From Balamuthia mandrillaris (Eukaryota), in NCBI GenBank assembly GCA_031835245.2, contig JAVKOQ020000028.1:62001-126000 (forward strand): a DNA stretch of 64,000 nucleotides, given 5' to 3'. The number at the start of each line of letters is the position of its first letter. The stretch's first letter is position 1. Under the pieces are notes generated by a model. The model was not told the DNA's origin. It saw only the letters and a program-made list of their open reading frames with translations, and searched no databases. This document shows positions 28,356-39,391 of the stretch, piece by piece. Position numbers and translations under genes: made by a program.

Positions 28356-29914
28356 AAACAACACGTACAATCCAAACACGTCCTCCAATCAAAGGAGAGT
28401 AGACCAACTGAGGGATAGGAGCCGGTGTGAACGTCCCATCTGGAGACAGTTGAGCCCATCGCATAAGCATGGCATCCAACGGCACCCATACGTTGCTAAA
28501 CTGGAGCCAACCATTGTCCAAACCTTGTCTTCCGTACTTGACGCCGACATCTCCTGCTGTCACTCCAGCAAGTAATTCGCCGGTTCTTCTATCGCGCAAG
28601 GGCACCACAAAGTTATGTACGCCACAGTCTTTGTCATCCACTATCAGTCGAGCAAATACAACGCAATGTGTTGCGGTCTGAGCAAACAAAACGAAAAAGA
28701 AAAAGAATAAGATGGAAAGTAGAAACGCAGGCAGAAAGCAGGAAGTACGTGAGCAGCCATGCCAATCCACCACTTGGTAGCAGTGATAGTGGGAGTAGTA
28801 ACGAAAAAGCCACATGACTGTCTATCAAACGTGGCAACGGTTTCGAATTGCTGAATGGAGGACCCGTTGCCCATCTCCGTCATTCCAAAGCATCCTATAA
28901 TGTTCATTTGGCTTTTCGTTTTTTTGGTTTTAATAACTTCAATGTCTTCTCTCTCTCTCTCTCTCTCAATCCCTTACTCTCCTCCTTCTCCCTAAACGTA
29001 CTCTATAGCTTTGGCATAGTGTTGCACTTGTTCAGGTGTGCCTGCACCTTCAACAGCCTTCTTGAAGAGGACTGTGTGCACCCCAATGCGCATGCTGAAG
29101 GAGCTGTCATAGATGTGCATCAGCCGTTCCACAGCCCAACGTAGCTTCTCATCTTTGGCCAACAAGCCTTTTCCTCCACCTTCTTCTTCTCTTCCTTTCT
29201 CCTCTCTTCCAGTGATCAATTGATTCCACCTTTTTATCTTTTGCATTGTCCTAGCGGAACGGATAAGAAATGGATTAGAGAACGAAGAGGAGAAGAGAAC
29301 GAGAGAACGAGAGAACGAGAGAAGACCAAAGAAAATGAACGAGAGAACGAGAGAGAAGAGAGAACGAGAGAACGAGAGAACGAGAGAGGAACAAAGAAAA
29401 AGAACCAGAGAAGAGAGAAGAACAAAGCAAAAGAACGAGAGAACGAGAGAGAAGAGAGAAGAGAGAACGAGAGAAGAAAGAAGAACAAAGAAAGAGAACG
29501 AGAGAACGAGAGAACGAGACACAGGGACAAACGACAAGAAAGAAGAAGCGAAAAGAGAAACCTTTCTCGTTGTTCAGGAATGGAGAGCTCGTGAACGGAT
29601 TCCCTGTCGAACAGGAAGGGATCTCTCTGGATGAACAGAGCGGCCAGATCCAAGTACCGCGTGTTCTCCTCTCCGCCGTTCATAAAGTCGGCAAGCAGGC
29701 GGGCCTCAAAGGCAAACGACTCTCTCTCCTTGCTCAAAACGCGAGCTGGAGGCGGAGGTGACTCATCCGACGAAGAGGTAGCAAAACAATTTTCGGAGGA
29801 CAAAGATGAGCGTCGTCGTTGTTCAGGATGACGGGAGGGCTCTCCTACGAGGACATGGCCGGAAAGGGCGTTTAACCGACGAACGGACGAGAGGCACCTC
29901 TTCTCTGCTTCCAT
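27073..29914 (-). CDS. ACOX: Peroxisomal acyl-CoA oxidase
   Basis: [59 protein letters not shown]. Multi-exon; N-terminal PTS2-like RLNALSGHV. Confidence 0.93.
29275..29560. repeat. Intronic GA-rich degenerate repeat (GAGAAC/GAGAA units)
   Basis: Directly visible in ACOX intron 1. Confidence 0.85.
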
Positions 29915-30011
29915 TTTCTTCTCTTCACTTTTTTCGCTCTCGTCGACGAATTTTTCTTTATTTGAGCGGCACACACGTCATCCTATGATCTAATCTTAAA
30001 ATTTCAAATCA

Positions 30012-30057
30012 CCAATCAGAAATCAGAAAAATAACCTCACATATGATTTTTAATTGG
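30012..30057. promoter_or_regulatory. Putative CCAAT boxes upstream of ACOX
   Basis: CCAATCAGAAATCAG at 30012 and ATTGG at 30053, 100-140 bp upstream of the ATG; a similar element sits at 34165. Confidence 0.4.
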
Positions 30058-30170
30058 TTCACGCCCGTTCGTTAAATTACCATATCAAGCCCTGCTATAG
30101 TAATAGTAGAATATTATTGTGTTTTTTTCCAGCTCCTCTGAAAAAAAAAAAGATTGTGGGCTTGGCATCG

Positions 30171-33100
30171 TTAATTACCACGGCCGAAACGTTCTTGAAG
30201 CCAAGCGCCAATGGGAGCGGCCTCGCGCGTCAGGAAGGCCGCGTTGTTGCGGATCCTCTCCAACGACTGCTGAATGGTCCTCTGCGCCGAAGGAGAGGGA
30301 TGGGTCTCGAAGAAGGCCTCCACCTCCTTGGCCTTCTCCTCCGAGTCGAAGGCGGAGGCCACAGCCCCGATGATGTGAGAGATCAGGAACTGCCCTCCGC
30401 CAAACTTTTGGTCAAAGATCTCCCATCGCTCTCGCAGAAAGTCCCAAGCCAGCTGTCGGCCTTTGGGATTGTGGCTCACCGCCGATATGCCAAAGACGAT
30501 ATCCTGAGAGCGAACCGCATCCGTCAAGCAAAAGTCCAACAATCGGTTCAATAATTGTTCTGTTCGTGGTCCATTGGACAACGCGTTAGGGATCAGTCAG
30601 TACATTTGGTTCAATAAATTCGATAAAAAAAAAACGAATAAAAGAAAAAGAAAAAGAAAAGAAAAAAGAAAAGAAAAGAAAAGAAAAGAAAAGAAAAGAA
30701 AAGAAAAGAAAAAAAAAAAAAGAAACAAGAAAAACTAGTTAACCTTCAGAAGCACTTCCAAGAGCGACCAAACATCGGCGTTGCTCCTCGCTAAAGTCAG
30801 AGGCACGGAACCGCGCCAACAGCTTCTCGAAGCCTCTCTCTCCCTCCGTTGCCGCCACCATCCTATAGACAGGCGAAATGAGGTCCGTTTGAAGGAGAGG
30901 TTTTGCATCAGATCCTTCTGCCTGCTTCGCCATCTCCTCGAACCTCTTCCTCCCTTCCTCCAAAACCCTTTCCTCCTCGCTCTCGCCCAACGCATCGATC
31001 ACCAAGGCCCTTAACAACATCGTCAGATGGCTTTCCTCCTCGCCCTGCTTCTCCCATCCCAACTCCTCGTGAGAAGAGCTCCCGACGGAATCGTTAAAAG
31101 AGGGAGGAGAAGGGTTGGTGCGAGAGGAGGCGAGAGAGGTAGTCGAGGTGAGAGGAGATGTTGAACCAGAGGGAGTAGTTCCGTGTGGTCGACATGTGTT
31201 GGTGGATAAACTCCAAATAGTTTTTCATCGTCAACGCTGAGCTTTTCCCCGATTTACATAACGCGTATAACTGTTTGTTGTTGTTTTTTGTTGTTGGAAA
31301 AAAGTTTGCCGATAAGAAGAAGAAGAGCAAAGGATAAAAGAGGAAACGTACATCGCTCTCGAGGCCTAAAATGTCGGAAGGAGGGAGAGAGCCGGAGGAC
31401 ACCGCACGTCCCAATCGCTGCAGCAGTTCCTCCTCATATTCCACTCGAAATACTCCCTGTTTGTGTAAGAGAAAAGAGTCATAAAGTAGAAAGGAGAAAA
31501 AAAACGAGAGAAAAAACGAACCGTTTGACGAGCGTTAGCTTTGATCCACTCATCCTTTTGCATACGGACCGCTATCTCTTGCGTTTTCTGATCCACCAAA
31601 AAGAACTGCAACGCATCACCTCCTTTCTCCGTTTGTACGCTGATCGGAACCTTCCAAACGACTTCTTCAGCCTCTTTTTCTCGTTCCTTTTCGGAAGCAA
31701 GAAAACGCTGTTGATGAACGGTAAAAGTTACTGTGCCTTCTTCTTCGTTTACTTGCTTTTGTTTAATGGTAAGCACGGGATAGCCCACTTGACGCGTCCA
31801 AGCTTCCATTATTTGTTCGACTGGTTTGCCGGAGACTTCTGTCAATGCTTTCCATAAATCCTATTTTGTTTTTCAAAAAAATGGTTGAGAAGGAGGTAGA
31901 AAGAAGGAAGCAAGGAATTGGAAGACGGTTGGAGGAAGAGACACAAATATATTAAGCAGCAAGGAGAAAGGAGAAAGGTACGTCGCTAGTCGCGTTGGCG
32001 TATTGGTGGCGAGTAAGATAAACATTCAGCCCTTTGAGAAAAGTATCCTCTCCAAGGTAAAAGCTCAACATTCGAATCACAGATGCACCCTTTTCACAAA
32101 AAGGAAGCAGGAAATAAAGAGAAAGAAGAAAGCACAACAATAAAGAACATAAGCAAACAAATGTAAACTTTCAACACTGCTTCAAGCAGTTACCTTCGCG
32201 TAGCTGATGGAATCAAAGATCTCGTTAATTTCTCCGGGATGGGTGACCGCCACTTCAATGGCGTGAGAGTTCTTGAGGCTGTCCAAGGCAAGAGCGCTGC
32301 CAAAGACGCCGCCCACGAACTGAGTCCAAATGTCCCATTCGGGGAAGAGTTGATTCACGGAGAGATGCTCCACGTAACGAGCGAAACCCTCATTCAACCA
32401 AAGCCAGGTCCACCAGTCCATTGTGACCAAATTGCCAAACCATTGGTGAGCAAGTTCGTGGCTGACAGTTCTGGCTACGCCTTGTTTCCTCATGCCAGAG
32501 GATTGTTTCTCATCAATCAACAGAGCGGCCTCACGATATCTGCATTACAATATTCAAAACGTCGTTAGGAGGAGAGCCTCGCGAACAATGTTCAAAAAAA
32601 AGAACACGAACGTGACTAAGCCCCAGTTCTCCATCGCACCAGCTGAAAAGTCAGTAATGGCAATCATATCCAGCTTTGGCAAAGGATAAGGTATGCCTAT
32701 TTGTAACAATCGCTCTGTTAGAACAAAAGCAAACAAACAAATAACCTCTCTGCCTTATTCGCGAGCCATGACGGACCAAACTTTTCAGTAAAGAAGCTGA
32801 GCGCCTGAACAGCTACATTCAAGGCGAATCGGCCTTGCTCCGACTTGCCAACTGGCGTGTAACACCTCATTTTCACTCCCTCCTATTATATCGCATGAGA
32901 AAGAGTTCAGATAAACAAACCGATCAAAGCAACAGAAGAACAAATCAACAAAACTAGGTTACCTTTGTGGTGTCCTCGATAAAGTCATACTCACCAACCA
33001 CAAACGCAAGGAGATAGGTCGACATGATGGGCGTCGGCTCAAACTCCACCGTCTTGGTGCGATTCTCCGTGTTGACGATGGAGGAGCGAATGGGCATGTT

Positions 33101-34034
33101 GCTGATGGCCACGCGATCGCTGGGCACCACCATCGTCACCCGGAAGACCGCCTTCACCGCTGGCTCGTCCCAGCAGGGCAGCGCCCTCCTGGCGTCCGTC
33201 GGCTCGAACTGGGTGGTGGCGCCGTAGCGCGTCTCCCCGTCCAGCACGTACTTGTTGCGATAGAAGCCGCAGAGCTTGTCGTTGAGGTTGCCGCTGTAGC
33301 TGATGTCGAGCTCTGCTTCCTGCTGTTCGCTTGTTGGTTGCGGCTTTGTGGCTTCGGCGAGAGTGGCGTCAAACTCCAGCGTGACGGTCTCGTTCTTGTC
33401 GTCGTAGGTGATGCCTTGGGCCTCCCATTCGACCTCGCCGGCGGTTGCAGCGGAGTCGGATGAAGGAGCAGACGAGGGAGCAGAGGAAGAGGAGGAGGGT
33501 TTCAGACGAAGCTTGGCAGAGCTGAGCCGAAGGTCCTTGCTGTGCAGCTTGATCGAGTTGGTGCTCTCGTTCACTGAAGGGAAAGAAGAGGAACAGCAAA
33601 ACGAGTTAGCAGAGAAGAGAGGCAGTAAAGCAGAGAAGAGAGAACGAGAGAGAAGCAGAGAAGAGAGAGAAGAGAGAGAAGAGAGAGAAGAGAGAGAAGA
33701 GAGAGAAGAGAGAGAAGAGAGAGAAGAGAGAGAAGAGAGAGAAGAGAGAGAAGAGAGAGAAGAGAGAGAAGAGAGAGTGGAAAAACAGAGAAAAAAGTAG
33801 CGACTTTGCCGAAGCGAATCATGGAGGAGAGAGAGAGGGGGAGGAGACACACGATAAAATAAACAAACAGAAACCTTTCAGATGAATGACCACCCTGCCC
33901 TCAAAGGTGAACTCGAGGAGGTTGGGCTGCAGGGTGAGGTCGTACTGGGTGGGCTCCACTTTTCTGGGCAACAACACGTCCTTCAAGGAGGAGGATCTCT
34001 CCTGTTGTTGTGGTGGTTGTCGTTGTGCCTCCAT
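30171..34034 (-). CDS. Puromycin-sensitive aminopeptidase-like M1 peptidase
   Basis: [40 protein letters not shown]...WLNEGFA (HEXXH-x18-E), ERAP1-like C-terminus; multi-exon. Confidence 0.95.
33652..33777. repeat. Intronic 9-bp tandem repeat (GAGAGAAGA)n
   Basis: Directly visible; translates as (SSL)n/(REE)n in spurious frames. Confidence 0.9.
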
Positions 34035-34146
34035 AGTTTTGTTTTTGTGGTGTTGCTGCTACTGTGAATGAGTTTTGTTTTAATAAAAAGTTTTTCTTTG
34101 TTGATTTTATTTATTTTTCTTTCTTTCTTTTTTTTTTTTCAGCTTC

Positions 34147-34235
34147 ATTGGGTCCTATAGTTAGCCAATAGAAAATCAGATATTCGTTTGAGTTCGTGTC
34201 GTCATGCTATAACTTTGCCGAACTCCACCCAATCC
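34147..34235. promoter_or_regulatory. Putative bidirectional promoter elements (CCAAT boxes plus CGTGTCGTCATG motif)
   Basis: ATTGG 34147, CCAATAGAAAATCAG 34165, TTCGTGTCGTCATG 34193, CCAAT ~34229, between divergent ATGs at 34034 and 34393. Confidence 0.45.
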
Positions 34236-34392
34236 TAAATCAAAGAAAACAAGACCACCGGAGAATTTGGGCCTATCATTTTTCAAAGATCTTTCGGACA
34301 GCGACGACATGATAAGCTATGTGTTTCACGACGACCCGAATAATATCCTCTGCATTGGCCCTTTCTTCCTCTTTGCAAAAACTGCACCATAG

Positions 34393-35699
34393 ATGGCAAC
34401 GATGCAACAACAACAACCGAAGATGGGGCCACCGCCACCACCGCCACCACCGCCACCCTCCAACCTCATCGTGGTCTCCTGCCAAGGTCTCCTCCCCCAA
34501 AGAAGCAGAGGTTTTCTTTCCTTGCCCCACCCAAAATTTCTGCTCAAAGTGAAAACGAAAGAGGAGGAGGATGCGGAAGGAGAAGAAGGGACACGGGGGA
34601 ACACCGTCCAAAGGGCACACCAAGAGAAGGAGAAGAAGAAGAAGAGGAGGCTCAGCTTTTCCAACCTCTCAGGGAAGAAGCAAGCTGAAGAGGCGGCAGC
34701 GGAGCAGCGAAGAAAGGACAGCCTGGAGATTCGTCGCTTGGACGCACCCTCTCCCACCTTTCTCAGCCCTTCTTCCTCTCCTCCTCCGTCGCATCGTCCT
34801 TGCTCTTGTTCCTCTTTCTCCTCTCCTCCAGCTTCCGCTGTTCGTTCCCTCTCTGCCTCTGTTCGTTCTTCCTCTTCTCCTCCTTGTTCTTCTTCTGCTA
34901 CTTGTTCTTGTTCTTCTTCTCCTCCGTCTGCTGTTGCTTCTTCTCCTTCTACTTCTTCTCTAAAGCCTTCTTTGTGTTGTGTTGAAGAAGGAGAGACGCA
35001 AGAAGGTGAAGAAGAAAGAGAAGAGGAAGGAGAAGAAACCAAACCAGGAATGCTTGGCTGTCTACCATCGAAAGAACGTGGAGGAGGAGAAGAAGCAGAA
35101 GAAGAAGGACACAAAGCGAATGAAAGAGAAGAGGAAGGAGGGAAACGAGACAAGATCGACAAGCGACTGCAATATGCGAATGCCATTCGCCAGCGACACG
35201 AGGTGCTGAAGACGCTTCGAGAGCTGCGTAAACACCTAAAACATCAACGCAAAACAGACGGAGCCGAAGAGAAGGACAGAGCAGAAACCGCAGATAGAGA
35301 AGCGGAGGAAGCAGAAGCCGAGGAGAAGAAAGAAGGCGAAGAGAGCGACTGGGAGAAAGACGTCCCTTCGCCACCTAATACGCCCATTCTATTAGCAGCA
35401 TCTCTGCATCATCATCCTTCAAAGCAGGAAAGAGAAGGAAAGGAAGAAAAAGCGAAAGGGGAGGAAGGACAAGGCAAGAAAATAATGCCTGCTGGGCTGT
35501 TGGCCATAGCAAACAAACAACGAAAGCCAAAGCCCAAAAGGGTCTTTCCGTTGTATTTGTTGGATGAGGTGATGAGCTACCTGCAAACTGGAGACATTGT
35601 GCTCTTGCATGGGACTGAAACGTACTGTTACCTAACTTGATTTCTGCTTCTGCTTCTTCTGCTTGTTCTTCTTGTTCTTCTTCTTGTTCTTCTTCTTCT

Positions 35700-35730
<31 letters not shown>

Positions 35731-37003
35731 GTCTTTCTGCTTTTTGGCTTCGAATTTATGAAGTGTTATTACACTGAAAACAGGATAAGTAGAGTCATCG
35801 AAGTGGGGACGTGGAGCTTTTTCGTTAGTCTTTCACTTTTCTACTATCCTATCCTCTAGGAAAAAGAAGAAAACTAACAAAACGCATCTAGTCACATGTA
35901 GCGTTGCTCATCCGACATCCTTCCGAAGAAGTAAAACGGCTATACGATGTGGAAGTTTATAGAGATAGAGGCAGAGAGTTTGGAATACCTGAAAATGCTA
36001 TGGACGAAGGTTTGGTGGCCTCCTTTTCTTTTTTTCTCCTACTTCCTCTCTTCCTCAGTCTTTCATCTTCGTTTATATCTTCCAAAAAACAACCATACAA
36101 AAAAAAAACCACACCAAAAAAAAGATGACATGTATTTGTTTGAAAGTGATACAGAGACTCTTGACTCCAGGGAAGGTGGAGGAGTACAGCTAGTGCCATT
36201 ACGATTCTGGATGCATGACACAGCAGACTACTATGGCTTCAATCCAGTCATGGTCATCCGTCGGTTGTACCTTCCTAATAGATCTGGCGACAATGATGTG
36301 GTTCGTAATTGTTTGTTGCTTTTTTATTTATTTCCCTTTCTTTCTTGTTAGCTTGTTATTTCTCATTGTGGACTTGTTTTCCTGTTGCTGTTTTTAACAA
36401 AACAACAGGATTTCCCTGGCTTGGAACCATTTCTTAGGTCTGCAGCTCGTACACTTTACAAATGGGACAAGAAGGCTATGTTGGGAAGCGTGTTTGCAGG
36501 CAACAAGGTCGAAAAGTTGGAGACCATGTTTTGCTCCGAGGCAGTGGCGGCTGCGTTGCGCAGCATGGGGTTGATGGGTCACAGAGTCTCTAGTAATTAT
36601 CTGCCCAAAGACTTTGCTTCGAAGCGGGTTGGTGTTAGACACAAGCACGGAGTTCGTTTGGTTCGTAATAATTTTTTTTTCACCCTGTTTATCGTTGTTT
36701 GAGGTTTCTGACTTGTTCCCTTAGTTGCGGAACGCAATATTTGAAGCAGAGTTTGCGGTGGCAAAAGATTATAGCAAAGCACGAACGAAAACAAAAGCGG
36801 ATAAGGCCAAGGAACAACGAAAGTTAGAGCAGATAAAGTACAAAAAGGATCAGAAAAAACTGAAGCAACAATTATTACTTTTACAAAAAGAAAGAACCAA
36901 GGAGGAGAAAGAAGAGCGACGTGAAGAAGAAGAAAACGCGGCCTCCGAAAAGAACGAGACAAGGATGAAACGAACTGATAACAAGTTGGAAGAACGGAAC
37001 TGA
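34393..37003 (+). CDS. Permuted papain-like amidase (NlpC/P60, YaeF/YiiX/C92-like) with low-complexity N-terminus and coiled-coil tail
   Basis: Spliced LQTGDIVLLHG...SFFSHVALL...YLFES...GVQLVPL...FCSEAVAAAL...YLPKDF gives His-before-Cys permuted order. Includes a 40-nt exon at 35784-35823. Confidence 0.8.
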
Positions 37004-37449
37004 TAACACGACCGAATAAAAGCAGACAACAAACAGAAAAATAGTTTTAAAAAAAGGACGGAAGAAGGATGAGATAGGACCAGAAGAGACTGCTGATATG
37101 ACGAACATAAGACCTGTGTGATTCGTTTGGAGGTTCCTGTTAGAAAAGGAGGAGAGTTGTTGGCAAAAGCAGTTCTTTCATTTATTGCGGATCGCAGTTA
37201 ACTATGAAGGAGTGGAGCGATACAAGCTAGTCTTCTTCGAGGCGCCATGAGAAGCAAGTGCGGATGCAACGACCACGGGGAAGTGGTTGCGTTTTGTTAT
37301 AGAGCAGGCAGCATTGATGCGCACCAATCATATATACGGGTACTGGTTAGGAAAGCCAATCGATATCATCATATTATTTTTACAAACCCCTATCATAAAA
37401 AGAGCGGATATCCGGAGCGGATATCCCGCCGGCAGAGCATACGCGACGT

Positions 37450-39203
37450 TTGGATGAACAACAACAACAACAACAAAAAAACATGACACAACTGCAACGA
37501 CCACATGGGAGAGCGTCTTGGCGGGAACGGCTCCGCTCCTGCTGCGACTTTAGAATATGTGGGGCCGCCCTGCTCGCCCTTGCTGCGGTTCAGTTGTTGC
37601 TGCTTCGGCTTCACTCCGCCTCTGCCCCTCTCGCTGCTTTCACGTTGTCGTCTCTCTTCTACCCTACTTACAAAGCTCCCTCTGCTTCTGCTTCTCTTCC
37701 TCCTATTTCATCTTCAATTCCTTTGGATTGGAAAAGGATCGACATAGAGACCCAACAACAACCTCTCAGCGTTGATACACTGGCGCACAGCAACGCCATT
37801 CAAGCTTGTTCCGTGGCCAACAGGGTTCCAGTTTCCGCTCTCAAGACAGCGGCCAAGCAGCTTCACGAAGGGATTTAATTCAGCAAAGTGACTGTTCTCA
37901 CGCTTGACAAAGGCACGCTCTTTGCAAAGGCCCTCTCCTTTGGCCCCATAGTGGTGAGTCTGTTTGATCTGCTCTGCGACAGCCTTCCTCTTCTGCACAA
38001 CCATTCAGAACTCCAACAGCAACAACACCTCTTTTTCTCATGTTGCGACTTCCCGCTGCCAATGCACATCCCTGAGGGAGCTGTCGACCAAGGCCATCCG
38101 TTCCCCGTGCCCACGTTTTCCGACCAGTTCTTCCTGCCTTCAGAAGAACGGAGGAAGAGAGAAGATGATCAGCAACAACATGGCTCTGCCGCCAGGAACA
38201 GAACGCTTGCAGAGCTTGTTACCATAAACCGAGCCGTTCTGACATTGCCAACCAAGTCACGAGGGCTGTGGTTGAAAACGAAAGCCGAAGAAGAACAGGA
38301 AGGAAAACAACTAGATGAAGCAGAACGAGAAGGAGACGAAGGGAAGAAGCAGAACAAGGACAAGAGGTTACGAACGCACTTTGAGGTCATGCGACAACAA
38401 TTGTTGGAAGAAGGATACAGCACTCCATGGAGCGAGCGAAGCAACCTGCCCTTCTGGAAAGGGCAATTACCGTTCAAGAAAACGCTGCCCTACTATCAAG
38501 AAACCCCAGACCACCCACGCAGTCACCTTGTTCGCCTCAGTAAGCATCGACCCCAATGCGTTCATGCACGATTCTCCCCTGTGCCCAACACGTTGGCGGC
38601 CAGAAGCGCCTCTCTGCCAGAGGACCTGGAGGACATGGTGGAGGCTCAGTCTCCTGTGAGGTACGCAGACCACAAGTACTTGGTGCATGTGGGGAACGTG
38701 GGCTATGCCGATCGGCTATGGCAGTTGCTTCTCTCGGGCAGCACGGTCCTGTGGATGCAAGACGGTTGGCAGGAGTGGTGGTATCCTTATCTGCAGCCCT
38801 TTGTCCACTTTGTGCCGGTCGGCATGGATGCTGCCGACCTCTGCGAGAAGGTTGCCTGGCTGCAGGCTCACCCCAGGGAGGCCGAGCGCATTGCCAACAA
38901 TGGGAGAGAGCTGGTGTCTCAGCTGTTGACTTGGGAGAACGTGCGCCGGTACACCGCGCACACGGTGGGGAGTTACCTGGCGGAGGGGTGCTGCAGTCTC
39001 TGCGGCAGACAACCAGATTGTTTCGGTGGTTGGATGCGATGAAAGGCGTCCCACTTTGTTCCCTGGCCCCTTCAGAGGGGCACGGCGAGGGCGTGGATGG
39101 GGTCGTTTCGGTGGAGCTTTTGTCGCGACTGACAAGCGGGGGCGATGTGGAGGAGGTCATGGCGGCCATTCACCGCGAGCTGAGGAAGGGACTGCAACTT
39201 TAA
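37450..39203 (+). CDS. Glycosyltransferase family 90 (CAP10/KDELC-like), interrupted reading frame
   Basis: HKYLVHVGNVGYADRLWQLLLSGSTVL...EWWYPYLQPFVHFVPV...DLCEKVAW...AERIANNG; N-terminal TM. In-frame TAA at 37876-37878 and probable frameshift near 38985. Confidence 0.8.
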
Positions 39204-39391
39204 GGTACTGTTCAGACGATGCATTATTTTTTTCGAGGAAACTTTTTTTCATCTTAAAATCAATGTCGTCCTGAACAATTCATGAACTTTTCCTCGAAAA
39301 AATTGTCGACAAAAATCCGCCTTTCCGACGAAAAACGCTTCGCTGGAAAAAATAGATTTCTTTGTGTGTCTGCTGCGGTGACGCGTTCTTG

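Noticed and set aside
33652..33777. CRISPR-like or coding tandem array
   Set aside because: No unique spacers; simple 9-mer intronic repeat in eukaryotic DNA.
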